This document shows, piece by piece, positions 45,746 through 54,407 of a stretch of DNA of 64,000 nt. The position numbers and the translations under genes are program-made. Where the stretch lies: the sequence record AP017925.1, one strand, 5' to 3'. Numbering within the stretch: the first letter of the stretch is position 1; the number at the start of each line of letters is the position of its first letter. The notes beneath the pieces are model-generated. The model did not search any database, was not told where the DNA came from, and saw nothing but the letters and a program-made list of their open reading frames with translations.

Positions 45746-46096
45746 CTATCCTTTCTTCAGTATTTGCTGTGCTTGCTTTGTGCAGAATTGACGGAACTGC
45801 TGCTGCAGCGTTTCGCTAGTATAACGCCAGCCCCATGGGTATGCGCTGCACTTTTCCTTGGTCACATCAGTGCCTTCGTAAAGTTCACTCTCGAAAGCTA
45901 AGGCGCTTTCCGCCATGGATTTTTCCAATGGTGTTTTGGATTCATCCAGCATGGCTGTAAGCTGACCGATGGAGAGCGCTGCTTTGATGCAATCGCGGAT
46001 GCCTTGTTGTTCGCGCGGAAGCAGGCACGAGTAATCGCCTTGCCGAAGATACTTAGCGATCAACTCGTCAGTGATCTGATTAGGAGTCTTACTCAT
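45746..46096 (-). CDS. hypothetical protein (116 aa)
   Basis: ATGA-coupled. Confidence 0.7.
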   Translation of the reverse strand: MSKTPNQITDELIAKYLRQGDYSCLLPREQQGIRDCIKAALSIGQLTAMLDESKTPLEKSMAESALAFESELYEGTDVTKEKCSAYPWGWRYTSETLQQQFRQFCTKQAQQILKKG

Positions 46097-46329
46097 CGTT
46101 TCTTCTTTCTATTCATGAGGTGCTGGATGCAGAAACCGCCGAGAAACGTCACCGCCGGAGCTATCGGCCACAGAAGAACGGCTAATACAGCAGTAATGCC
46201 GGCTATCCATTTGTAATCTGTAGCACTGTAAAGCGTTAGAGAGATGGTGACCGACCCGACTCTGAATACGTAGATGAGAAGCCAACCTACAAAAGACCAA
46301 AGTAGGAAGGCGATCAGGTAGTCGCCCAT
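46093..46329 (-). CDS. small membrane protein (78 aa)
   Basis: Two hydrophobic segments and a basic C-terminus. Confidence 0.65.
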   Translation of the reverse strand: MGDYLIAFLLWSFVGWLLIYVFRVGSVTISLTLYSATDYKWIAGITAVLAVLLWPIAPAVTFLGGFCIQHLMNRKKKR

Positions 46330-46332
46330 ACC

Positions 46333-46653
46333 TTAGCCTTTAGCTGGAAAGACTGCAGCGATCAGCTTGGAGAAAGTGGACACCGACATATTCTTGTCGT
46401 CAGCCGCTTTCAGAAGGTTGCTGGTTACAGCTTGCTGGGAGCGCTTGGGATAATGCGTATCAGCAAACTCGCGAATACGTTGTTCCTTTTCTTCAGGAGT
46501 GATCTCGCACTTCTCCAGAAGCTCTTTGAACGTGATGTAGTAAATCGATGTAAGCACCGTACCGGCGCCGTGACGGGCAGCCATTACAGTTTGGTGCATG
46601 TGCTTAGCGGCAGTTTCCATAACAACACCAGCTACGTCTTGATGATTCGTCAT
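46333..46653 (-). CDS. paralogue family X member (~106 aa)
   Basis: IYYITFKELLEKCEITPEE...FSKLIAAVFPAKG. Confidence 0.75.
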   Translation of the reverse strand: MTNHQDVAGVVMETAAKHMHQTVMAARHGAGTVLTSIYYITFKELLEKCEITPEEKEQRIREFADTHYPKRSQQAVTSNLLKAADDKNMSVSTFSKLIAAVFPAKG

Positions 46654-46733
46654 TTGAATTTCTTTCACAATGGTTTACGGCATAAAGAGAGGTAGGATTC
46701 CCCGCCTCTTCTCTGGATCACTATTCCACATTA

Positions 46734-46760
46734 GTAATATGTCTCTCAGTAATTTTTAGA
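46734..46760 (-). promoter_or_regulatory. putative phage early promoter
   Basis: TCTAAAAATTA-CTGAGAG-ACATATTAC on the minus strand. Confidence 0.6.
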
Positions 46761-46836
46761 TCCAGAATCATGTGTACTAGGGTAACCTAGTCGTTTCACA
46801 CCTTCCACCCACTAACAAAAGGTGACAGAAATGGGG

Positions 46837-47280
46837 ATGAAAATTGCCTTTTGGAAAGGCACTGATCCTGGCTTCGGCGGGGTCTTGGACCGTTCTATCC
46901 GCTGGTGGACGAACGGCTCGTATTCGCATTGCGAACTTATCTTCTCCGACGGCTGGACGGGCTCTTGCTCGTGGTCGGAGGGCGGCGTTGTTCTTCTCCA
47001 GCGTAGTGCTAGCTACTATGATCCCAAGAACTGGGACATCGTAGAAATCGAAGGCGACGAAGCAGCAGCCCGTGCTTGGTTTAAGAAGAACCGTGGTACA
47101 CCGTATGACTTACTCGGTGACTTCGGTTTTGTTTGGCGTCCGATTCGTGGTGAGGATGGCGCATACTTCTGCTCAGAAGCTATTGCACTGTCGCTCGGCT
47201 GGCCGAATGCTTGGCGCTACGATCCGAACACCCAGGCAGATGTACTTCGTATTCCGAAGTATCGGCCTGCAGCAGTTTAA
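46837..47280 (+). CDS. permuted papain-like (YiiX/NlpC-P60-type) amidase/hydrolase
   Basis: YSHCELIF (His before Cys), YDLLG, YFCSE. One of the few real plus-strand genes, followed by a plus-oriented terminator. Confidence 0.75.
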   Translation: MKIAFWKGTDPGFGGVLDRSIRWWTNGSYSHCELIFSDGWTGSCSWSEGGVVLLQRSASYYDPKNWDIVEIEGDEAAARAWFKKNRGTPYDLLGDFGFVWRPIRGEDGAYFCSEAIALSLGWPNAWRYDPNTQADVLRIPKYRPAAV

Positions 47281-47306
47281 ACTGCAAAAAAAAAACGCAT
47301 AGTGCG

Positions 47307-47343
47307 AGAGAGTACGCCCGTACGGGCGTACTCTCTTTATGCC
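47307..47343. terminator. bidirectional terminator, perfect 30-bp palindrome
   Basis: AGAGAGTACGCCCGT|ACGGGCGTACTCTCT then TTATGCC, between convergent genes. Confidence 0.8.
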
Positions 47344-47344
47344 A

Positions 47345-47785
47345 TTACTTTCCAGATTCGAATATTAGACCAGAGATATTCATAACCGGATGGACGTCAG
47401 AACCTTCCGATGGAATGCCAGTGCTAAATAAGCCGGTGAAGATGACGGAGTGCCCTTCTTCTAGCACACGTTTCAACACCAACCCCATCGGAGTCCCGAG
47501 TACCTCGAAATGCACCGTGATTTTGGTAACCACATCGCTGTCGCCTGTAATTGCATATTCTGTTACCCGCGCCGCGGCGTCTTCGATCTTCAGGCCAGTT
47601 CTCCAGCCCGTCAGCGGATCAACAACAATGTAACCGAGCACTTGGCCGGAGTACACTCTTCCAGAGAAGAAATAGGCATCAGCGATGGCTTTATCCAAAC
47701 GCAGCTTTCTACCGCTATAAAGCACGTTGCTGTCGTAGATATCGGCACTGTAAATGCCTTCTTTTACCTTTGAAACTTGTCCCAT
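47345..47785 (-). CDS. hypothetical protein (146 aa)
   Basis: RBS AGGA, beta-rich composition. Confidence 0.7.
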   Translation of the reverse strand: MGQVSKVKEGIYSADIYDSNVLYSGRKLRLDKAIADAYFFSGRVYSGQVLGYIVVDPLTGWRTGLKIEDAAARVTEYAITGDSDVVTKITVHFEVLGTPMGLVLKRVLEEGHSVIFTGLFSTGIPSEGSDVHPVMNISGLIFESGK

Positions 47786-47861
47786 GTCAATTCCTAAAAA
47801 GAAAATATGTCTGGAAGAGAGAGGGAGTGCCTGCAGGCACTCCCTCTATTAGCGCTACCGG

Positions 47862-48338
47862 TTATTCCTTGAACTGGAAGATCACCAGTGCACCATCTTG
47901 GTAAACGTACAGAGCAATTGCTTGGTTGAACGGATTGGAATCAGCGCCGAAGCGAACGTCGTTACCAGTCCGTACCTCCAGGACACCAACGATGTGCTTC
48001 AGTGCCTCGTGGTACTTGAAGTCAAGACCGGAATGCTCCAGAGCTTCTTGCAGGCTGTTTTTGCCTTCGAAGGTCGGAGTATCGGACTTGAGCATTTCGA
48101 TGGCTTGGTCAACCAGCACACAACTGCCGTCTTCTGCGCGCAGTTGAATCGCACGCAGGTGGTAGCTCACGTTTTCGTGGTCAGCTACCACGAAGTGAGT
48201 AGGGCGCACCCTCATGGTGCGGCTCGGACCTTCCGAGAATTCGTATTCGCTTTTAGCTGGCGAATTGTAGCGAGTCACGACGCGAGCTTCAGCACCGAGG
48301 ATGGCTTGCAGTTCATTGATGACGTATACGTATTCCAT
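47862..48338 (-). CDS. hypothetical protein (158 aa)
   Basis: RBS AAGGAAAG. Confidence 0.75.
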   Translation of the reverse strand: MEYVYVINELQAILGAEARVVTRYNSPAKSEYEFSEGPSRTMRVRPTHFVVADHENVSYHLRAIQLRAEDGSCVLVDQAIEMLKSDTPTFEGKNSLQEALEHSGLDFKYHEALKHIVGVLEVRTGNDVRFGADSNPFNQAIALYVYQDGALVIFQFKE

Positions 48339-48381
48339 GATCTTTCCTTTTTAGAGTTTGGTGCGGTGGTAAAACGAGTGC

Positions 48382-48918
48382 TTAGTTCGAACCGAAGACT
48401 TTGCTGTGCTTGACGAAGAACGTACGGAAGGCAGTGCCATCGTCCAGCCCGTGCAGTTGCTCGCGGCTTACTTCTTTATCCGTGTCGACGTAAGTTACGG
48501 AAACGAAGTCATCTTCTTCAGTGGCTGCAGCGATGTTGAGGAAACGCCCGCCGAGGTCTTCATCCGGGCACTTCATGGTCGAGTAAGCGATGCGCTTGAC
48601 TTCAGGATAGGCTTCGATGAAAGCCTTGCCCCAATCGGTATCCAGAATACCAAAGTGATCGGTTTCACTTACCGATACTTCCAGCAACTTGGCGGCGCTA
48701 AACGAGTCTTTCGCCATGGTGGACATGGCGGTCAGGAAATACTCCACGAAAGCATCGCTACCGTTTTCGCCGTGGAAAGTCGTAACTGCAAATCCGAGCT
48801 TGTTGTTGTCGGAGAAGTAGTGCAGTGACTCGATACCATCGGCATCAGCGGGGAAGTGCTTACCCACTTTCAGGGATTGGGATTCCAGGTAGGCATTAAG
48901 AGCTTGGGAGGTTTGCAT
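48382..48918 (-). CDS. hypothetical protein (178 aa)
   Basis: RBS AAGGAAA. Confidence 0.75.
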   Translation of the reverse strand: MQTSQALNAYLESQSLKVGKHFPADADGIESLHYFSDNNKLGFAVTTFHGENGSDAFVEYFLTAMSTMAKDSFSAAKLLEVSVSETDHFGILDTDWGKAFIEAYPEVKRIAYSTMKCPDEDLGGRFLNIAAATEEDDFVSVTYVDTDKEVSREQLHGLDDGTAFRTFFVKHSKVFGSN

Positions 48919-49033
48919 GGAACATTTCCTTATCTAAAATTAGAATATTGAGTGCCTTTGCTTGGCATTACTCAAGTTAACTATATGTGGTTGAAACTTT
49001 TTCCATTTCAACCGAAGACAAAAAGAGAAAACA

Positions 49034-49070
49034 GCATAGAAGCGGAGAGGGGAATCCCCTCTCCTTATGC
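49034..49070. terminator. symmetric terminator
   Basis: GCATAGAAGC-GGAGAGGGG-aat-CCCCTCTCC-TTATGC. Confidence 0.75.
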
Positions 49071-49586
49071 TTAGTCGGCTCTGAAACGAGAGTGATAGAA
49101 GATCTTGTCGTAGCCTTTTTCTTTAGCATGCGCGACCCAGTCAGCAACCAGCAGGATATGCGGATCGAACATGCCATCCACCTGACCGTGCTCAACAATC
49201 CCTACAGCTTCAGAGATCGTTTTGCAGTCTTTCATCAAGTAGGTGAAAGCTTCGCCAGTGTCACGCGAGGCATGCAACAGCGAGAACTTCTTGCTGACCA
49301 CTGGTATCATGGAGATCGTGTTCTCTTCGCTATCGATCACCATCGTGAACACCTCGCCATCATTGCTGACATGTACAGCGTGAGCATGACAGGCGTCCTT
49401 CGGCAGTTCGTCCTTCATGCCGCGACGAATCCAGCGAATGAACTGGTAGGCTGACGCAGTGCTTGGGATGAACAGGCCGTATTCGGTGCCGAACATCTCG
49501 TACGGCTCGACATACGTAGTGCAAGGCTGGCTGCCTTCTTTTTGCGGGATAGCAACGGACTCACGGTTGTAGAGGATGTTGTACAT
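49071..49586 (-). CDS. hypothetical protein (~171 aa)
   Basis: Start at the TAATG overlap (MYNILYN). Confidence 0.7.
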   Translation of the reverse strand: MYNILYNRESVAIPQKEGSQPCTTYVEPYEMFGTEYGLFIPSTASAYQFIRWIRRGMKDELPKDACHAHAVHVSNDGEVFTMVIDSEENTISMIPVVSKKFSLLHASRDTGEAFTYLMKDCKTISEAVGIVEHGQVDGMFDPHILLVADWVAHAKEKGYDKIFYHSRFRAD

Positions 49587-50479
49587 TACTTGGCCTTCTC
49601 TTTCGGTTCTTCGTAGCCGGTGATTTCCACAGCAGCCTTCCACGCCTTGGTACGTTTCGCTTCAGGAGTAGAAAAGCCAAACATCGGATTGCGAGAGAAG
49701 GATACTTTGCCATCCTTCATCTTACCCATCGACAGGAACGCAGCAATCATCTCAGTGATCGATTTACGCACCATGTTGGCTTCTACTTCCGTACAAGCCC
49801 CATCCTTCAGCTCTTTCTTGATTTGTGCTTGAGCAAATATGTGCATCGCGTCCAAGAAAGTTTCATCACACACCGGCGGAAAGTCGTCCGTCAAATCATC
49901 CTTCACGGTGAACGTGTCGATTGTCGTGCCTGTAGGGCACCCGCTCAAACGTAGGGCGTAGTAGATTTCTTCGGTCGGTACACCGTGATCAAGCAAGATG
50001 GCTGCCATCTTCTTACCAGATCCCACGATCAGCGCTTCTTGATTGCTGTACTTGCTCCAGCCCTTGCCATCACCAACGAAGGTGTTTTCGTGTGTCATCA
50101 CAAGCAAACCAGAGCCATCTGCGTCCATATCTTTGGAAAGCCGATGCCCGATTAGATCGCGGATGCGACGGCACGTAAGACGAAACCTTGCGAAGGCACG
50201 AATGTCTTTGATTGTCTTGAACATGCGGTGCTTGGTGAAGCGGTCTTCCGTGAAGAAGTTCAGTGCGCAGATCACTGAAAGCTTTTGCTCGAAAGTCGTT
50301 TTAGCGTTTGCACCTACTTCATGCGGAGAGAACTCGAAGCCCGTCGTCCCATACAGACAGTAGGGTGTCTTGGTAATCTTGGGTTCGTCACGCAGTCCAA
50401 TCATGCCAACTTTAAAGTAGTTGACAACCTTACGGCGGTCTGCTACGAGCACGCCTTCCCTAGCGATAATTGTTGTCAC
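49586..50479 (-). CDS. Ntn-hydrolase / HslV-proteasome-beta-like protein
   Basis: Starts M-TTIIA...LVADRR (N-terminal Thr nucleophile pattern) and has IVGSG. Confidence 0.6.
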   Translation of the reverse strand: MTTIIAREGVLVADRRKVVNYFKVGMIGLRDEPKITKTPYCLYGTTGFEFSPHEVGANAKTTFEQKLSVICALNFFTEDRFTKHRMFKTIKDIRAFARFRLTCRRIRDLIGHRLSKDMDADGSGLLVMTHENTFVGDGKGWSKYSNQEALIVGSGKKMAAILLDHGVPTEEIYYALRLSGCPTGTTIDTFTVKDDLTDDFPPVCDETFLDAMHIFAQAQIKKELKDGACTEVEANMVRKSITEMIAAFLSMGKMKDGKVSFSRNPMFGFSTPEAKRTKAWKAAVEITGYEEPKEKAK

Positions 50480-50572
50480 GGGCCAGATTCCTTATTTTTG
50501 TACAAAAGACAAATGCGGCATAGCGACCCAGTGAAGCCGAAGCTTCACTGGGCGTGTCAGGTCAGGATGCGA

Positions 50573-50917
50573 TTAACGCAGCGGGCGCGACGGAGCGTCG
50601 AAGCGATCCGACGGGGATTGCTTGGCGCTGGTCTTGGTCGTCTTGCCTGCTGCGGCAGTGGCTTCCGGCAGTGCAGAACGGAACACCTGGTTGATCACGT
50701 AGGACACTTCGGCTTCTTCTTCGGCCGGGCTGGCGCCGCGCGCTTCTTCGACGGTCACGTCGTAGATGCCGGCAGGCTGGCGCACTTCATCGGTCTGGTC
50801 AAAGCTCAGTTGGGTGTTCTTGTCGGAGAAGGTCACCTTGACTTCGGTGTGGGTGGCGATGATGGTCTGGCCGATACCGAAGACAGCTACGAGCTTTTGA
50901 GCGATGCTGGAAGACAT
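50573..50917 (-). CDS. hypothetical protein (114 aa)
   Basis: High-GC3 codon usage, downstream of a promoter motif. Confidence 0.7.
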   Translation of the reverse strand: MSSSIAQKLVAVFGIGQTIIATHTEVKVTFSDKNTQLSFDQTDEVRQPAGIYDVTVEEARGASPAEEEAEVSYVINQVFRSALPEATAAAGKTTKTSAKQSPSDRFDAPSRPLR

Positions 50918-50982
50918 GTGATACCTTTCTACTGGTTGTTTGTGGAGAGAAACGGGATGCTATTGCAGCTATCCTCAAGATG

Positions 50983-51009
50983 GTGATATGTTGTTAAAAG
51001 TTATTTAGA
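50983..51009 (-). promoter_or_regulatory. putative phage early promoter (degenerate)
   Basis: TCTAAATAACT-TTTAACA-ACATATCAC on the minus strand. Confidence 0.45.
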
Positions 51010-51058
51010 TTAAGGCGACATAAAACGAGGAGAGGCGAACCTCTCCTCGCTATGCTGG

Positions 51059-51949
51059 TCAGAACTTAACGGTGTCCGGGGAAAAACGACGCATGCTGTT
51101 CAACATCTCTTGTTGTGCGGCGCGCGCGGAATCCGTCATCCTGATAACATCCGCTTTAGTAAACGAACCATCCCATTCGACCGGGGCCAAGCCAGCAACG
51201 ACGCGGAGAGTGTTGAGGTTGACCAGCGGGCCAAGATCACCTTCATCCTCGTCGGTAACGTGGAAGAACTCGTGCAGCGATCCGCCAATGTCCATCTCGC
51301 CGAAAGGATGCGTCCAGTGATGGCCGTTCTCCCTACACCACTCGATCTCGCTGAAGTCCTTGGTCTCCGCAACCATCGGGATGATCTTGAAACCAGGGAT
51401 ATAGACTGCACTGCCGTCCAGCATTGACAGGATGGAGAAGGCCAGTCCCGACAATGCATCAACTCGGTCATGACCAGGCTGGTTCGCCCAGTAATGACAA
51501 AGGTGCTTCACATGCGAAAGAACCACAGTGCGGATGGCATCTTTCGTATATGGCTTCGGCTTGAACTGCGGCTCTTCCAGCTTTTCATCCATGAGCGTGC
51601 TGAGCATCTCAACGATAAACGACATCGCTTTCTCGTTGAGTTCCATCACCTCATCGAATTGCTGTATTGGTGTCTCGCTCTTGAGCTTCTCCAGCGTAAT
51701 GGAAATTCCATCACACTGGTATTCGCCCTTGTCGAACTTGTCTGCCGTTTGGATGAGAAGTTCCTCTCGCTTTTCGGATCTCCAATCGAGCTTATCCAAA
51801 GCTTCGCTGAACCGATCGATCAGCAGCATGCGTGCGTGCGCGATGGTGATATGCATGCCGTCGTTGCTAGCCATATAGTGCGCTATGCCAACTTCGAAAC
51901 CATTCACCTCGACCGTGCCCGCTATTTTCAGAAGTGGCATTAGTGACAT
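51059..51949 (-). CDS. hypothetical protein (296 aa)
   Basis: Flanked by terminators at 51017..51055 and 51981..52023. Confidence 0.75.
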   Translation of the reverse strand: MSLMPLLKIAGTVEVNGFEVGIAHYMASNDGMHITIAHARMLLIDRFSEALDKLDWRSEKREELLIQTADKFDKGEYQCDGISITLEKLKSETPIQQFDEVMELNEKAMSFIVEMLSTLMDEKLEEPQFKPKPYTKDAIRTVVLSHVKHLCHYWANQPGHDRVDALSGLAFSILSMLDGSAVYIPGFKIIPMVAETKDFSEIEWCRENGHHWTHPFGEMDIGGSLHEFFHVTDEDEGDLGPLVNLNTLRVVAGLAPVEWDGSFTKADVIRMTDSARAAQQEMLNSMRRFSPDTVKF

Positions 51950-51980
51950 TTCGTTATTCTCTCTGAGTAATGTAGATCCA

Positions 51981-52023
51981 ACATAAAAAGAAGCGGGGTA
52001 AAAAACCCCGCTCCCATTATGCC
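51981..52023. terminator. symmetric terminator
   Basis: ACATAAAAAGAA-GCGGGGT-aaaaa-ACCCCGC-TCCCATTATGCC. Confidence 0.75.
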
Positions 52024-52038
52024 GTACTTACTCGACGT

Positions 52039-52362
52039 TTAGTCTTCCAGCGGATCGCGATCGTCCGGCTCGGATTCGTCGTCCGGGTCCGGGAACTCAT
52101 CTTCGCCCGGTTGATCGGCGCCAGCCAAAGCTGGCTCGTTATCGAACAGGCTGACGTCGATCGATACTTCGTACTGGAAGAGGCTGGGGTTGAGATTGTG
52201 CATGGCTTCCACAACTTCTTCTTCCTGGTCGTTGTGGGTCGGGCAAGCGACGTTGGTCACGTCGTCAAAGCCATGGGCATTGAGGTTTGCGGTGATCAGA
52301 CGGGAAACGAGTTCGCCATCACTCTGATCGTCGGCCATTACTTCTACGGAGATGCGAGGCAT
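52039..52362 (-). CDS. acidic hypothetical protein (107 aa)
   Basis: D/E-rich C-terminus, RBS GAGGA. Confidence 0.7.
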   Translation of the reverse strand: MPRISVEVMADDQSDGELVSRLITANLNAHGFDDVTNVACPTHNDQEEEVVEAMHNLNPSLFQYEVSIDVSLFDNEPALAGADQPGEDEFPDPDDESEPDDRDPLED

Positions 52363-52444
52363 GTTGAGTTCCTCTAAGTGGTTAGTAAGACAGGGTTAGA
52401 TCGCCTACTTCATGGAGCGGCGTAATTGAAAACTAGGTCTATGC

Positions 52445-52969
52445 CTAGCGACTAGGGAAGAAACGAACCATCTCCATCACCACGGATGGATGGGTATCGT
52501 CCCCACCGAAGAGTTCGGTGCGTTCTTCGATCTCGTAGAACGGCCAGTCCGGCGCCATGACACACGTTTCGTCGAGAGGAGTCCTCACACCAATACGTGA
52601 CACATAGGCAAGGTCTGTGTGCGCTTCAGCTGCCTTAAACAGCTCTTTGCCACCGATTACGAAGGTCGAGCGCAAGCGGCTCTTATCTACGCAGTCAGCC
52701 AACGCTGCTTCCAGCGTCGGGAAGACCAATGCACCCGGTGCTTCGTAATCCGGGTTTCTGCTGATCACGTAGTTATTGCGATTCGGCAGCGGTTTCTTGG
52801 GTAGTGACTCCCAAGTCTTACGACCCATGATCACATTGCCGCCTTCAGTCAGGGACTTGAAGAACTTGAAGTCGTGCGGACTGTGCCATGGGATGGTGTT
52901 GTTCTTGCCAATGATGCCGTTCTCGTCTTGAGCGAAAACAAGGGCAAGTGGCGGTACGGTTATTGACAT
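52445..52969 (-). CDS. folA: dihydrofolate reductase
   Basis: GIIGKNNTIPW, DFKFFK, VIMGRKTWESL, PLPNRNN, FVIGG. Start moved to MSITVPP. Confidence 0.95.
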   Translation of the reverse strand: MSITVPPLALVFAQDENGIIGKNNTIPWHSPHDFKFFKSLTEGGNVIMGRKTWESLPKKPLPNRNNYVISRNPDYEAPGALVFPTLEAALADCVDKSRLRSTFVIGGKELFKAAEAHTDLAYVSRIGVRTPLDETCVMAPDWPFYEIEERTELFGGDDTHPSVVMEMVRFFPSR

Positions 52970-53011
52970 GTTGCTCCTTTCTTCCAATAGTTTACTGTTC
53001 GGTGTTAAAAA

Positions 53012-53641
53012 TTAGCGAGCATCTTCAACATCTGCATCGGCACATACGACGTTATCATTTTCTAATAACATCCGAGCCGCTTGTGATCCCCTGCTTGCAT
53101 GGAGCTTCAACATGCGTTCACGCAGTTCATTACGTCTTTGCTCCGGCAGTTCCTTCTTCCGTATAATGACTTTGTTCCCCAAGCACCACTGCTGAGTAGC
53201 TCTAAAGTAACCATAGTCAACCATCACTACCCTGCCATCCGGACGAATACCGATATTGCTCGGCTTCAGGTCAGTGAGAAAATCAAGGTTCTTATAACGA
53301 TTCTCGATGATCTCTGCGCAGCGTAAGTATTCCGGATCAGAGCACCGCTCGTACTCTTTCTCCAGATGCTCTAGCGTATCAACACGCTCCATCACTACGC
53401 ACAAACCGAAACGATCCGCCCAGTAGATCTGCGCTAAGTGATTGGTGCTGCGATATTCGTCATACCACAGATCAGGGTCTTGGACGGTACTATCAGCACA
53501 CCACCAAGAGCGTTCGTGTAGGTTTTCCATCACGCCCAGTATGAAGCTCAACCAAGAGGTAAACTTCGGGATCTTGATCACTCGCTTCTTAAAGACGAAT
53601 ACGAAACGGCGACTGCCGGACTTGATCTGAAACCATGCCAT
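53012..53641 (-). CDS. protein-kinase-like fold protein (209 aa)
   Basis: SGSRRFVF...VIKIP (Gly loop and beta3 Lys), ENLHE (alphaC Glu), VVMERV, TDLKPSNIG (catalytic loop), VDYG (DFG-like). Confidence 0.7.
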   Translation of the reverse strand: MAWFQIKSGSRRFVFVFKKRVIKIPKFTSWLSFILGVMENLHERSWWCADSTVQDPDLWYDEYRSTNHLAQIYWADRFGLCVVMERVDTLEHLEKEYERCSDPEYLRCAEIIENRYKNLDFLTDLKPSNIGIRPDGRVVMVDYGYFRATQQWCLGNKVIIRKKELPEQRRNELRERMLKLHASRGSQAARMLLENDNVVCADADVEDAR

Positions 53642-54348
53642 TAAGCGGTTCTTCCTGTAGTGTCGAGAATGAAATTGCGAATGGCTTGCAGGTTCAGCTG
53701 GGTTACGCGTGACGTAAACTCGTTGTGCTTGACATTCGCAAACTGATTCGTACGGATCACCTGGGCCGTAGTCTCGAAGGGGTTGGTTTTGTTGCTGAAC
53801 AGAGTGCGCAGCGCAATGCGCATGGTATCTCGTTCATGCTTGTTCTGCTTCGCTGGAGAGCCGAGCCAACGGAGCATACTCTCGTTAGCCTTCTTGATTA
53901 CCACATCCTTAGGCGTATCGCCGGGCGCGCACACGAAGCGCGTGACCTTGTTGAATGGCGAGTAGACTTGGAAGAGGACGTGTATTTGCTCCGCCGCATC
54001 ACCACGCATCGTTGCCACGCGTTTCTTGCCTTGGAGAGCCATCCACTGTTCAACAGTGGGGCGACCATGGATCGGCAGAACGAAGAACTGGAACTCGGTG
54101 TTGTGCTCCAGCATTTGGTGCACTGTCAGCGCCACCTTATCCCATTTCGGCCCGAATCGGGTACGCAGCGTGCTGTAGTAGGCCAACGGATTCTTAGCCC
54201 ACGTAGCGTAATACTGACCGGTGGAGGGATGGTAAACCATGATCCCCTTCCAGAAAGGGATATCGCCCTTTTGGGTTGTAGGGGTCACTTCGCGCAACAA
54301 CACGCGGATATCGTCGGTAATGACCAGTTTCGAATGAGAGATTTTCAT
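53641..54348 (-). CDS. hypothetical protein (235 aa), faint GIY-YIG-like N-terminus
   Basis: KGIMVYHPSTGQYYAT loosely resembles GIY-x-YIG. TAATG-coupled to the kinase-like gene. Confidence 0.6.
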   Translation of the reverse strand: MKISHSKLVITDDIRVLLREVTPTTQKGDIPFWKGIMVYHPSTGQYYATWAKNPLAYYSTLRTRFGPKWDKVALTVHQMLEHNTEFQFFVLPIHGRPTVEQWMALQGKKRVATMRGDAAEQIHVLFQVYSPFNKVTRFVCAPGDTPKDVVIKKANESMLRWLGSPAKQNKHERDTMRIALRTLFSNKTNPFETTAQVIRTNQFANVKHNEFTSRVTQLNLQAIRNFILDTTGRTA

Positions 54349-54407
54349 AGCCGGTTTCGTAGTTACGGCATAGCCGGAGGGACAAGCCCTCCGACCATTT
54401 GCCTGGT

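Noticed and set aside
53641-54348. GIY-YIG homing endonuclease
   Set aside because: The motif is only loosely similar (GIMV...YYA), and the catalytic Arg/Glu pattern is not identifiable. Left as hypothetical.
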